Below are positions 17,188 through 26,640 of a DNA stretch of 64,000 bases, piece after piece; position 1 is the first letter of the stretch; every line of letters starts with the position of its first letter. The DNA comes from Eubacteriales bacterium (lineage in GTDB: Bacteria > Bacillota > Clostridia > Oscillospirales > CAG-272). The position numbers and the translations under genes were made by a program. The stretch covers positions 15,322 through 79,321 of the forward strand of contig JAZSLM010000007.1 of assembly GCA_045535375.1 (NCBI GenBank), written 5' to 3'. The notes under the pieces were generated by a model that saw only the letters and a program-made list of their open reading frames with translations, had not been told where the DNA came from and searched no databases.

Positions 17188-17755
17188 TGTTCTTATAAAG
17201 CACCGCGCCGAAATAGGTGACGGTGTTCTGACCGTTGATGTATTTCATATCCGCCGCCGCGGCAAGGCGCGAAACGTTGAAGCCGTATGCCTCGAGCGAA
17301 GCCATTGCAAGATCGGGGTGGCGGCATGCTTCATTCGTCCGCTTGGCGCAGACCTTGCAGACACCGCATCCGCCCGCACCGAGGTGCAGGACTTTTTCTA
17401 TGCCCGCCTCACGGAAAACTCCGCGGAGCTTTTGCGAGATCGGATAAAATTTCTTTTTCGCCTCGACCATACCCTCGAAATCGAAGCTGTCCTCAAGACC
17501 TGACACGGTCTGGTACACCAGGGCGTAATCGTATTCCCTGACCTCTGCCATCAGCGCGTCGATATCGCCGACGTCGGGCGGGCACATATAGCATTTGCCG
17601 TACATTCCGCAGCTGTTCGAGGCACAGATATCGCGGAAAACGCGGTCAAGCTCGATCTTGTCGGTGGTTATGATGCTCGCCTTGAACGCGCCGAGCGCGA
17701 GCGTTTCTTTTATCAGCTTATCAAATTTTTCCATAATATTCTTCATATGCGGCAA
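17180..17755 (-). CDS. DUF2284-family Cys-rich metal-binding protein
   Basis: About 185-191 aa with NSCGMYGKCYMCPP and GGCGVCKVC motifs. The start is ambiguous (Met at 17755, 17746 or 17734). The gene overlaps both neighbours. Confidence 0.65.
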   Translation of the reverse strand: MPHMKNIMEKFDKLIKETLALGAFKASIITTDKIELDRVFRDICASNSCGMYGKCYMCPPDVGDIDALMAEVREYDYALVYQTVSGLEDSFDFEGMVEAKKKFYPISQKLRGVFREAGIEKVLHLGAGGCGVCKVCAKRTNEACRHPDLAMASLEAYGFNVSRLAAAADMKYINGQNTVTYFGAVLYKNNE

Positions 17756-18725
17756 AGAATGCCTTTATGTTCTCCCAAGGAGTCATGGGCGGGATATCGC
17801 ATCCCGACGAGAGAAGGAAATTGGGATATTTTGAGCATTTTTCGAGCAGAGCAAGAGTTGCTGCACGGACTTTTTCCGGAGTTCCCATACGGAGCACGCC
17901 CGCGGGGTCGATGTTTCCCATAACGAGAACGTCGGCGGGGATCTTCTTGATAATATCCTCTTCCATATCAACGGCGTTGCCGAAATGGTAAGCCGCCGCG
18001 CCCGTCGAGAGGATCGATTCGAGCATTTTGGGCACGTTGTCGCCGCAGTTATGGTAGATCACCGAGAAGGAATCATCCTGAACGGCATCAACGATCTTTT
18101 TGACGTAAGGCGAGGAAAATTCCTCCTCGAGCGTGGGAGAAAGCAGGCCCGAAACCGGCTCCGCCATCACGATTCCCGCGGCGCCCGCGGATTTATATGC
18201 CTTTGCATATTCGATCAAAAATTCGGTCGCCTTGTCAAGCACGACGTGCACCATATCGGGGTCGTCGTAGCAATCCATCATGATCTCGGTGACGTCGAGA
18301 AGTCTTGCCGCGAGCGAGAAGGGACCGATGATGCCCGCAAAAACGGGGCGGTCGCTGATCTTCGCGGCGGCTTTTTTCACCGCTTCAATGTAAATCCCCG
18401 TGCGTCCGCTTCCGACGGCGGGAACAGCGAGAGCCTGTGCCTCATCCTCATCGGTGACAAGTCTGCCCTTGACAGTCGGAACCTCATCCTCCGAGAAGCT
18501 GACGGTCGCTCCGAAAGCCTCGGCTTCGAGAGAGAGATCCATAAAGCTGACAGATGCCGAAGCATCGACCGCCTCTGCCACCGCGAGCATACCTTTTGCC
18601 TGCAGATCGCTGTCCGAGATAAGCTCGCTGACCTTTACACCGAGCAGGCTGACCGAGGGGAAGGAAAGCAGAGGCATCGGTTTTTTATTGTTTTCGGACT
18701 TAAGTCCTTCGATCCAGATTTTCAT
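17721..18725 (-). CDS. MtaA/CmuA-family (URO-D fold) methylcobamide methyltransferase
   Basis: 334 aa. It shows family-typical zinc-ligand motifs YHNCGD and SSGCDIPP, and overall MtaA-like sequence. Confidence 0.75.
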   Translation of the reverse strand: MKIWIEGLKSENNKKPMPLLSFPSVSLLGVKVSELISDSDLQAKGMLAVAEAVDASASVSFMDLSLEAEAFGATVSFSEDEVPTVKGRLVTDEDEAQALAVPAVGSGRTGIYIEAVKKAAAKISDRPVFAGIIGPFSLAARLLDVTEIMMDCYDDPDMVHVVLDKATEFLIEYAKAYKSAGAAGIVMAEPVSGLLSPTLEEEFSSPYVKKIVDAVQDDSFSVIYHNCGDNVPKMLESILSTGAAAYHFGNAVDMEEDIIKKIPADVLVMGNIDPAGVLRMGTPEKVRAATLALLEKCSKYPNFLLSSGCDIPPMTPWENIKAFFAAYEEYYGKI

Positions 18726-18726
18726 T

Positions 18727-19851
18727 TTACACCCTTATCTTCTTGATCTCTTCCGCATAATACTGCACGAGCTCGAACTTCGAACCGGGCATAAGTCTGT
18801 GGTCGGGGCAGGGGATGAAGCCGCCGAGGCCAAAGAGACGCTTGATGCGCTCAAGCTCTGCGTCGACCGCCGCTCGATCCTTGCGGAACGCGGTCTTATC
18901 CATACCGCCGACACCGAGGATCTCCTTGCCGTATTTCTTTCGCGCGGGCTCAAACTGATCGCCCCAAACACCGACCTCGATCGGGAACAGGACGTTTACG
19001 CCCGTCTCAATCCAAGTGGGAATGAGCTTTTCGGTCACTCCGTCGCAGTCGAGCGAAATGATGTCAATACCGTGCTTATGAAGCAGATCGTTTCGCTTCT
19101 TGTAGTGCTTGCGGCAGAGCTCGTCGAACACCTCGGGCGAGATCAGCGGGCTGCTCTTGAAGCAGATATCTTCCCAATAATGACCGAAATCAAATTTCAG
19201 CCCTGTTTTAAGTGCCGCTTCAACGCATTTATATTGCATCTCCGCATAGGCATCCACGATATCCGCAAAAAGCTCTTCATCCTCATCGTACATAAGGTAG
19301 CTCATACCCATAACGGTCGTAATATCACGGATATCACCCAACACGCTTCCGACCCTGAGTCCTATCGGGGCATCGTATTCGAGTTTTCCATTATACTGTC
19401 TGATAAGATCCTCGCTCTTTGCACGATCTTCCGAATATTGCATTTTGGGCAGGAAGAACTCCTCGAAGGCTTCTCTGTCCTTCAGAAGATAATCATCCTC
19501 GGAGGGGATCGAAACTATTCCTGGCTTGAATTTTTCAATCACGCCCTTGTCGGTGAGCACTCTTTGAGAGCCGTCGGGAAGAGTCTCGATGACCTTTCTT
19601 TGAAAAGCGGGATAAAGACCCAATTTGGGATACACGCAATTATGCCAGGTGCAATCCCAGCCGATGATCTTGTCAAGCTCCCCCTGTACCCTAGAACCGT
19701 CGTGGACGGCGCCCTTTGCCATCTCCATAGAAATATGTCCCTGCTCTGCCCATTCGACGAGCAGTTCTCCCCAATAGCCGAAATGCACGGCGGGGATGCG
19801 GTCGGTGTCCTTATAATGAAGGATATTCATACAACGTTCGCGTGTGGTCAT
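18727..19851 (-). CDS. Uroporphyrinogen-decarboxylase-family protein, putative substrate:corrinoid methyltransferase
   Basis: 374 aa. The N-terminus MTTRERCMNILHYKDTDRIPAVHFGYW is typical of the bacterial URO-D-like methyltransferase group. It lies in the operon with the corrinoid protein. Confidence 0.6.
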   Translation of the reverse strand: MTTRERCMNILHYKDTDRIPAVHFGYWGELLVEWAEQGHISMEMAKGAVHDGSRVQGELDKIIGWDCTWHNCVYPKLGLYPAFQRKVIETLPDGSQRVLTDKGVIEKFKPGIVSIPSEDDYLLKDREAFEEFFLPKMQYSEDRAKSEDLIRQYNGKLEYDAPIGLRVGSVLGDIRDITTVMGMSYLMYDEDEELFADIVDAYAEMQYKCVEAALKTGLKFDFGHYWEDICFKSSPLISPEVFDELCRKHYKKRNDLLHKHGIDIISLDCDGVTEKLIPTWIETGVNVLFPIEVGVWGDQFEPARKKYGKEILGVGGMDKTAFRKDRAAVDAELERIKRLFGLGGFIPCPDHRLMPGSKFELVQYYAEEIKKIRV

Positions 19852-19865
19852 ATATTTTATCCCTT

Positions 19866-21101
19866 TCAGATTCTATCATAATATTTATCAAGCACGTCGC
19901 TGACCGTTTGTGCCCAGACTATCAGATTTTCGGGTCTGCACGAAACCGTACTTATGTCCTTGAGCACGATATCGTAAGGGCATCCGTATTTGATACAAGC
20001 CTTCACGGTCTCTTCGGTCTCTCGTCTGATAAGGTCGGGGTCGGTGCTGATCGCAACGTGCGCGGGGTTCGGCTTTCTTGAAAGCACGTAGTCGCCCCTG
20101 ATCTGCTCGGCGCATCTTTCGACGTTTGCCCAAGGGGAACAGCCGATCTTGCGCAGATTGGGTATCTTTTTGATCACGCTGATCTTGTCGTCAAGGGGTT
20201 CGCAGCAGCCATAGTAAGTATAGGCAAACCTATCCGCCACGGCAAGGAGATACTGCACCTCGAACTCATCGAACATCTCGGGCGATATAACGCCGAATGT
20301 CTGCGCCATACTGCGGCACCATGTTGCCTTCAGGCCCGTATCTGCCAGACCCGACACCGCACCGGGTGTGCAATGGAGCGACGGAGGCAAAGAAACGTCG
20401 AGATTCTTTTCCACAAAATCAAGCTCGGCGTGTGCCGCACAGACGAATTTTTTGATGATCTCGTGCAAATATTCGGGGCGGTCGTACATATCCATAAGGA
20501 TCGGCTCGACTCCGCGCAGGCGGGTGATCTTATCCCACGGGGCGAAATAAAAGTAGCCGTAACCGTAAAGCTGCACGGGAATCGTATCCCCAAGCAGATC
20601 GGTGTAAAATTCCATTCTTGCGGCATCCTTTTCGGGACTGAGCGTGAGCACGGGATCGTGCATCGCCTCAAGCGCGGACTCATCCTCAAGGATATCCTCA
20701 AATTCGCGAGATACGATATTGTTGATGCTATCGGTCCGCTTCATATCCGCGGTGACGGGATCGAGTCCTATTCCGGTTGACTCCACGGCACGCTTGACAC
20801 GAAATACGGGTTCATAGAGATTATCCGCCTTGAAGTGCTTTATGTAATAGATAGCCTTTCTGAAATAGAGCTCGACATTGCGCGCGCCCTTGTGCTCGCA
20901 TACGAGGGTAAGCTCGCCGTCCATATCCATCTGATACCACGGGATCTCGTCGAGAATGACCGGCGGACGGCCGGGCTTCAGATCGTTGGTATCGCGGAAT
21001 CTGCGAACCATTTTCTCCTGCTTCTCCGTGCAGACCAAAGACATATATATCTTTGCGAGCTCTCTTACGACGGATTTATCCTTTTCGGTCATTACAATCA
21101 C
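19866..21101 (-). CDS. URO-D-like protein, putative second substrate:corrinoid methyltransferase
   Basis: 411 aa. The C-terminal half (YYGCCEPLDDKISVIKKIPNLRKIGCSPWANV) resembles the URO-D/MtaA TIM barrel. It is adjacent to the corrinoid protein. Confidence 0.45.
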   Translation of the reverse strand: MIVMTEKDKSVVRELAKIYMSLVCTEKQEKMVRRFRDTNDLKPGRPPVILDEIPWYQMDMDGELTLVCEHKGARNVELYFRKAIYYIKHFKADNLYEPVFRVKRAVESTGIGLDPVTADMKRTDSINNIVSREFEDILEDESALEAMHDPVLTLSPEKDAARMEFYTDLLGDTIPVQLYGYGYFYFAPWDKITRLRGVEPILMDMYDRPEYLHEIIKKFVCAAHAELDFVEKNLDVSLPPSLHCTPGAVSGLADTGLKATWCRSMAQTFGVISPEMFDEFEVQYLLAVADRFAYTYYGCCEPLDDKISVIKKIPNLRKIGCSPWANVERCAEQIRGDYVLSRKPNPAHVAISTDPDLIRRETEETVKACIKYGCPYDIVLKDISTVSCRPENLIVWAQTVSDVLDKYYDRI

Positions 21102-21126
21102 CCTCCGAATAACGGCTCGCGGATCT

Positions 21127-21762
21127 TTATTCCTTGCAGAAAGCTACTGCGACGTCTGCGGCGCTTGCGGCGTCAACGGTGTATGCGTCCGCGCCGATCT
21201 TCTTGCAGTATTCCTCGCTTACGGGAGCGCCGCCAACCATAATTTTTACTTTATCGCGAATACCCGCAGCCTCTGCCGCTTTTACTACCTCTTCCATAAC
21301 TCCCATAGTGGTGGTGAGAAGCGCAGAACAGCAGATCACACGGCAATTCTGCTCGATAGCGGTCTGAACGAACGCATCGGGAGAAACGTCGGTGCCAAGG
21401 TCAACGACCTCGAGGCCCTTGCCCTCCATCATCATCTTTACAAGATTCTTGCCGATGTCGTGAAGGTCGCCCTGAACGGTACCAATGCAGACCTTTCCGG
21501 TCGCCTTGACGCCCTCAGCGGCAAGAAGGGGCTTGATTATCTGAACGCCCATGTTCATTGCGCGCGCGGCAACGAGGACCTCGGGAACGTAAATTTCATT
21601 GTTCTTGAACTTTTCGCCGACGATATTCATACCTGCAAGCAGACCTTCGTTAAGGATCTGCTCGGGGCTGACGCCCTCCTCGACCGCCTGCGCGACGAGT
21701 TCCTTTACTATTTTCGATTTACCCTTTTGGAGATTTTCACAAATTTCAACTAAAATGCTCAT
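21127..21762 (-). CDS. Corrinoid (cobalamin-binding) protein, MtaC/MtbC-like
   Basis: 211 aa with a B12-binding_2 helical cap and a Rossmann domain. It carries the DxHxxG motif (GDLHDIG), SALLTTT and MVGGAP. Confidence 0.85.
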   Translation of the reverse strand: MSILVEICENLQKGKSKIVKELVAQAVEEGVSPEQILNEGLLAGMNIVGEKFKNNEIYVPEVLVAARAMNMGVQIIKPLLAAEGVKATGKVCIGTVQGDLHDIGKNLVKMMMEGKGLEVVDLGTDVSPDAFVQTAIEQNCRVICCSALLTTTMGVMEEVVKAAEAAGIRDKVKIMVGGAPVSEEYCKKIGADAYTVDAASAADVAVAFCKE

Positions 21763-21860
21763 AGTTTGCTCCTTATATAATTTATTGTATTAATTATATA
21801 CTAAATTGCACAAAAATTCAATAGAAAAAGAGAAAAAATATATCCGATTCAACATTTCAC

Positions 21861-21889
21861 TTGATATTTATATGCAGTTGTGTTATAAT
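21861..21889 (+). promoter_or_regulatory. SigA-type promoter for the glycan locus
   Basis: TTGATA (21861-21866), 17-nt spacer, TATAAT (21884-21889), in a 160-bp AT-rich divergent region. Confidence 0.6.
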
Positions 21890-21921
21890 TAACATAACAA
21901 CATCTAAAAGAGGTTCAGCCC

Positions 21922-23292
21922 ATGAGATCTGCCGAAAGCTGGAGCTATCCGCGCTATCTGCCCTTGCACGAAAAGGCGCGCGCACGCTCGCCCTATATTT
22001 GCCGAATTGCACCGTCTGCGGGCGGTTTTGAATTTGATTTTACAGACAGCGCCGCAAACGCAAAATATCAACTTATCCTGAGAGAAAGAGATTCCGAAGA
22101 AGCTCACGTTCTCGATCTTGATTCCTTTACGGGCAAGGTCGACGGGCTTGAATGCGGCAAGGATTACGCCTTCCGCGTCCGGCGCGACGACGGTACTTCA
22201 TCGACCGAAAGGCTTGTCCGCACAGGTGAGGCGGCGGGTGTCGTTGTCAATTATCTTCACCCCGATGACCCCGAATACGCTTTTTCGGGCAGATATCTCT
22301 GCTCGCCCTCGCTGATCCGCCTCGAAAACGGCGATCTGCTCGCATCGATGGACCTTTACGCAAGCGGCGCGCCGCAGAATCTCACACTCATATACGTTTC
22401 GCACGATGACGGCGCGACTTGGGAGCATCACGCGGAGCTTTTCCCCTGCTTCTGGGGCAAGATGTTCCTTTCGGGCGGCGCGCTTTATATGCTCGGCTGC
22501 TCGACGGAATACGGCGACGTGCTGATCGGGCGCTCGGATGACGGCGGAAAGAATTGGACGAAGCCGACCGTGCTCCTCCGCGGATGCTGTCACCCGCGCC
22601 AGGTGGGATGGCACCGCGCGCCGATGCCCGTGCTTATCAAGGACGGGCGCGTTATGACCGACGTTCAGTACGGCGCGTGGTCGGAGAAGGTTTTCTGCGA
22701 CGCCGTGCTTTCCGCCCCCGCCGACAGCGACCTTCTTTGCGCGGATAATTGGGTCTGCACCGAGCTTTTTGATGCTCGCGAGCACATCTCTCCGCTCCCC
22801 GAGAAGATCTGGGGCGGTATCGAGGGCAACGTGATCGAAACGCCCGACGGGAAGATCATAGATTTCCTTCGATTTGCAGATAAAACTGCACTTATTCTTA
22901 ACTACGATCCCGAAAACCCCGAGGCTGAGCCTACTCTCGATTCGGTGATCGACTTCCCCGCCACCGCGTCGAAATTCAACATCGTTTTCGATGAAGTAAC
23001 GAAAAAATATTACACGATCGTAAGCTACGCGCTCGACGAGCCGATGACGAAGCGCAACCTGCTCTCGCTCATTTGCTCGGAAGATCTCGTCAACTGGGAG
23101 CTTTGCCGTCACCTGATCGACCGCCGAAACGACGAGCCGAAGGAGGTCGGCTTCCAATACGTCGATTTCTTCATTGAGGGCGAGGACATTCTCTACCTTT
23201 GCCGCACTGCGGTGAACGGCGCGAACAACTTCCACAACTCGAATTTCACCACTTTCCACAGAATAAAAAATTTCCGCGAGGTGCAGAAATGA
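21922..23292 (+). CDS. BNR/Asp-box repeat protein, sialidase-like (GH33-like), no signal peptide
   Basis: 456 aa with Asp-boxes SHDDGATW and RSDDGGKNW. No N-terminal hydrophobic segment is present. Confidence 0.6.
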   Translation: MRSAESWSYPRYLPLHEKARARSPYICRIAPSAGGFEFDFTDSAANAKYQLILRERDSEEAHVLDLDSFTGKVDGLECGKDYAFRVRRDDGTSSTERLVRTGEAAGVVVNYLHPDDPEYAFSGRYLCSPSLIRLENGDLLASMDLYASGAPQNLTLIYVSHDDGATWEHHAELFPCFWGKMFLSGGALYMLGCSTEYGDVLIGRSDDGGKNWTKPTVLLRGCCHPRQVGWHRAPMPVLIKDGRVMTDVQYGAWSEKVFCDAVLSAPADSDLLCADNWVCTELFDAREHISPLPEKIWGGIEGNVIETPDGKIIDFLRFADKTALILNYDPENPEAEPTLDSVIDFPATASKFNIVFDEVTKKYYTIVSYALDEPMTKRNLLSLICSEDLVNWELCRHLIDRRNDEPKEVGFQYVDFFIEGEDILYLCRTAVNGANNFHNSNFTTFHRIKNFREVQK

Positions 23293-23741
23293 TCTACGGT
23301 AAAATTGCAAACCTTCCCTTTTGGGCGGAGAAGATACCCTCTCTCGGATATGCGCTAACCGAATCGAAGAAGATCGCCGACGCTCCCTTTGCCCTCGGCA
23401 AGGTCGTCATCGACGGCGACGCGCTTTTCGCATCCTCCTCGGAATACACGGCGGAATCGAGAGAAACCAAAATTTTTGAAAACCATCACGCATACATAGA
23501 CGTGCAAATGATGATCGATGGAGAGGAACAGATAGACGTTATCATTCCCGAGGAAGCTCCCAAAGCGGAATATTCCGCGGAAAAAGATATTGAATTTGCC
23601 TCTTTCGATAAGAATTATTCGACGCTCACCCTCCGCGCGGGGGATTTTCTCCTGCTTCTGCCCGGTGAGTGGCACCGCCCCGGCGTGGCTATCGGCGAAG
23701 GTGCAAAATGCCGGAAGACCGTCGTCAAGATCAGAAAATAA
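23289..23741 (+). CDS. YhcH/YjgK/YiaL-family protein (NanQ-like sugar anomerase/epimerase family)
   Basis: 150 aa starting at MIYGKIANL; the ATG overlaps the upstream stop. The HHAYIDVQMMIDGEEQID block is typical of the family. The ORF-track start at 23199 lies inside the upstream gene. Confidence 0.65.
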   Translation: MIYGKIANLPFWAEKIPSLGYALTESKKIADAPFALGKVVIDGDALFASSSEYTAESRETKIFENHHAYIDVQMMIDGEEQIDVIIPEEAPKAEYSAEKDIEFASFDKNYSTLTLRAGDFLLLLPGEWHRPGVAIGEGAKCRKTVVKIRK

Positions 23742-23756
23742 GGAAGGTATTTATAA

Positions 23757-24704
23757 ATGAAGGATTTTAAGGTAGTCAAGGGCGTTTACCCTACGATGAT
23801 AACGCCCTACAAGAACGGCGAGATCGACGAGGATGCAGTGCGCGAGCTCGTCAGATTCTATTGGAAAAGCGGATGCGACGGCATTTTCGCCGCTTGCCAG
23901 TCGAGCGAGATAATGTTCCTCTCGATCGAGGAGCGTGTTCTGCTCGTACGCCTTGTTGTTGACGAGGCAAAGAAGCTCGCCGAAGCCGACAAGAGCCGCG
24001 CGCCTCTGATGATCGTTGCATCGGGACATATTTCGGACAGCCTTGACGATCAGGCAGAAGAGCTTTGCCGAGTTGCCGCGGAGGGACCCGATGCGGTTAT
24101 TCTCATCTCGAACAGACTTGATATCGCAAATACTACCGACGAGGCTTGGATAGCAGACGCTGAAAAGCTTATCGCGAAGCTTCCTCCCGATATGCCCCTC
24201 GGTATTTATGAATGCCCGAAGCCTTATAAGCGTTTGCTCACCGATGCGATGCTCCGTTGGTGCATCGAAACAGAGCGTTTCTACTTCATCAAGGACACCT
24301 GTTGCGACGCCGATCTGATCGCGCACAGACTCGATATCTGCCGCGGCTCGCGACTTGAGATCTTCAACGCCAATGCTCAGACACTTCTGCCCACTCTCAA
24401 AAACGGTTGCTCGGGCTATTGCGGAGTCATGGCGAACATCCACCCCGAGCTTTACGTCAGACTCTGGCGCGCCGATTGGGAAAGCCGCGAGGCTTCTCTG
24501 TTGCAGGACTACCTCGGTCTTGCCGCGACAGCCGAGTCGCTGACCTATCCTTGCTGCGCGAAGGATTACCTCAACCGTTACCGCGGAATCAAGATGGACA
24601 CCTACGCAAGAAGTGCCGACGAGGCGAATTACACGCCCTATCAGCGCGGATGTATAGATCAATTTGCAGAGCTTAGTCATTATATTACAAAAGGAGAATT
24701 CTGA
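23757..24704 (+). CDS. DapA/NanA (DHDPS)-family aldolase/lyase
   Basis: 315 aa with class I aldolase family features, including the Schiff-base-type FIKDT block. It is divergent in the GxTGE region. Confidence 0.65.
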   Translation: MKDFKVVKGVYPTMITPYKNGEIDEDAVRELVRFYWKSGCDGIFAACQSSEIMFLSIEERVLLVRLVVDEAKKLAEADKSRAPLMIVASGHISDSLDDQAEELCRVAAEGPDAVILISNRLDIANTTDEAWIADAEKLIAKLPPDMPLGIYECPKPYKRLLTDAMLRWCIETERFYFIKDTCCDADLIAHRLDICRGSRLEIFNANAQTLLPTLKNGCSGYCGVMANIHPELYVRLWRADWESREASLLQDYLGLAATAESLTYPCCAKDYLNRYRGIKMDTYARSADEANYTPYQRGCIDQFAELSHYITKGEF

Positions 24705-26512
24705 TGAGAAACAGAACTATCGGACAGTACCCCGCGATCGGCATCCGTCCCGTTATCGACGGCAGACGCGGCGCGCTTAAAGTGCGCGAATCTCTTGAAG
24801 ATCAGACTATGGGTATGGCGGAACGCGCCGCAGCCCTCTTCCGCGAAAATCTCCGCTACGCCGACGGAAGCCCCGTCCGCGTTGTTATAGCCGACACCAC
24901 TATCGGCCGTGTCGGTGAAGCCGCCGCTTGCGCAGATAAATTCAAGCGCGAGGGCGTTGCCGTCACCTTGACCGTCACCCCCTGCTGGTGCTACGGCTCG
25001 GAAACCATGGACACAGACCCGAACACCATCAAGGGCGTTTAGGGATTCAACGGCACCGAGCGTCCCGGCGCGGTCTATCTCGCATCCGTCCTCGCCGCGC
25101 ACGCACAAAAAGGCTTGCCCGCATTCGGAATTTACGGTCACGACGTTCAGGATGCCGATGACACCACCATTCCCGATGACGTGCGCGCGAAACTTCTCCG
25201 CTTCGGACGCGCCGCTATTGCCGCCGCTTCGATGGAGGGACGCTCCTACCTGCAGATCGGCGCGATGTGCATGGGTATCGCGGGCTCGCTGATCGATCCC
25301 GATTTCTTCGAGGACTATCTCGGTATGCGCGTTGAATCGGTCGACGAGGTAGAGATCCTGCGCCGAATCGACAAGGGCATTTACGATCACGAGCTTTACG
25401 AAAAAGCCCTCGCTTGGACACGCGCAAACTGCCCCGAGGGACTCGACAAGAATCCCGAATTCATCCGCAAATCCGATGAGGAAAAGGCGGCGGACTGGGA
25501 ATTCACCGTCAAGACCGCACTCATAATTCAGGATCTGATGTCGGGCAACAACAATCTCCCCGAAGGATGCGAGGAAGAGATGGTCGGTCACAACGCGATC
25601 GCCGCGGGCTTCCAGGGTCAGCGTCAGTGGACCGATGCATACCCCAACGCCGACTTCCCCGAGGCTATACTCAACAGCTCCTTCGACTGGAACGGCGCAC
25701 GCGAACCCTTCGTGCTTGCCACCGAAAACGATACTCTCAACGGCATCTCGATGCTTCTGATGAAGCTTCTGACCAACCGCGCACAGCTTTTTGCCGACGT
25801 CCGCACCTTCTGGTCGGCTGACGCTCTGCGCCGCGCGGCGAATTACGAGCTTGAAGGTCACGCTCTTGAGGCGGGAGGCTTCATCCATCTCATCAACTCC
25901 GGAGCGGGTGCACTCGACTATTGCGGAAAATCGACCGACGAGGACGGAAAAGCAACCGTCAAGCCTTGGTACGACGTTACCGAGGACGATATTTCCGCTA
26001 TGACAAAGGCGACCGAATGGTGCGCCGCCGACAACGGCTACTTCCGCGGCGGAGGATATTCCTCGCGCTTCGTCACCGAGACCGAAATGCCCTGCACGAT
26101 GATGCGACTCAACATCGTCAAGGGGCTCGGACCCGTGGTTCAGCTCGTTGAAGGCTGGACGGTCAAGCTTCCCGAAGAGGTCACCGACATCCTCTGGAAA
26201 CGTACCGACTACACCTGGCCCTGCACCTGGTTTGCTCCGCGCTGTGACGGAGTTGATGGCTCGCCCTTCGCGACCGCATACGACGTTATGAACAACTGGG
26301 GCGCAAATCACGGCGCGATCAGCTACGGCCACATCGGCGCGGACATCATCACCCTCTGCTCGATGCTTCGCATACCCGTCTGTATGCACAACGTGCCCGC
26401 ATCCGACGTCTTCCGCCCCGCATCCTGGAATGCGTTCGGAATGGATAAGGAAGGTCAGGACTACCGCGCCTGCCATGCCTACGGCCCCCGCTTCGGCAAA
26501 GGAAAAAGATAA
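24704..26512 (+). pseudogene. fucI: L-fucose isomerase interrupted by a single in-frame TAG (25040-25042)
   Basis: It appears collinear with my recollection of E. coli FucI over the whole length: [72 protein letters not shown]. The TAG sits where I recall Trp in ...IWGFNGTE..., a one-base change from TGG. Confidence 0.85.
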
Positions 26513-26515
26513 TAA

Positions 26516-26544
26516 TTGACACACGCCTCTCTTTATGGTATAAT
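26516..26544 (+). promoter_or_regulatory. SigA-type promoter embedded in the fucI terminator hairpin
   Basis: TTGACA (26516-26521), 17-nt spacer, TATAAT (26539-26544). The hairpin cctctctttatg...cataaagagagg plus a T-run spans 26526-26565. Confidence 0.55.
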
Positions 26545-26640
26545 TATCATAAAGAGAGGTTTTTGTTATCTCATCCCACTGACAATTATCAATCTTGTCC
26601 TGTCGATAATTTTTGAATTCAATTAAGAAAGGTTTTTATT

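Noticed and set aside
18400-19881. 493-aa plus-strand ORF across the URO-D-family genes. The same applies to 28290..29510 (+), 2056..3165 (-), 9313..10272 (-), 46166..47515 (-), 60579..61382 (-), 23751..24680 (-) and 26623..27657 (-).
   Set aside because: All are antisense shadows of well-supported genes in high-GC DNA. They have no motifs, no start context, and Arg/Gly/Ala-rich composition.
21763-21921. Cobalamin riboswitch in front of the corrinoid operon
   Set aside because: The spacer is only about 160 bp of AT-rich promoter DNA shared with the divergent operon. No B12-box-like GC-rich core is visible.
25040-25042. The TAG in fucI as a pyrrolysine codon, prompted by the nearby corrinoid methyltransferase operon
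   Set aside because: The codon aligns with a Trp position in FucI as I recall the E. coli sequence (TGG to TAG). FucI is not a Pyl protein. No MttB/MtbB/MtmB-family gene and no pylTSBCD genes are in the window. TAG is also used as an ordinary stop (spoVM-like ORF).
24680-26524. 614-aa ORF on the minus strand covering all of fucI
   Set aside because: It is antisense to a gene with what I recognise as full-length FucI similarity. The product is Gly/Ala/Val/Arg-rich low-complexity sequence typical of the reverse frame of GC3-rich genes, and there is no RBS.
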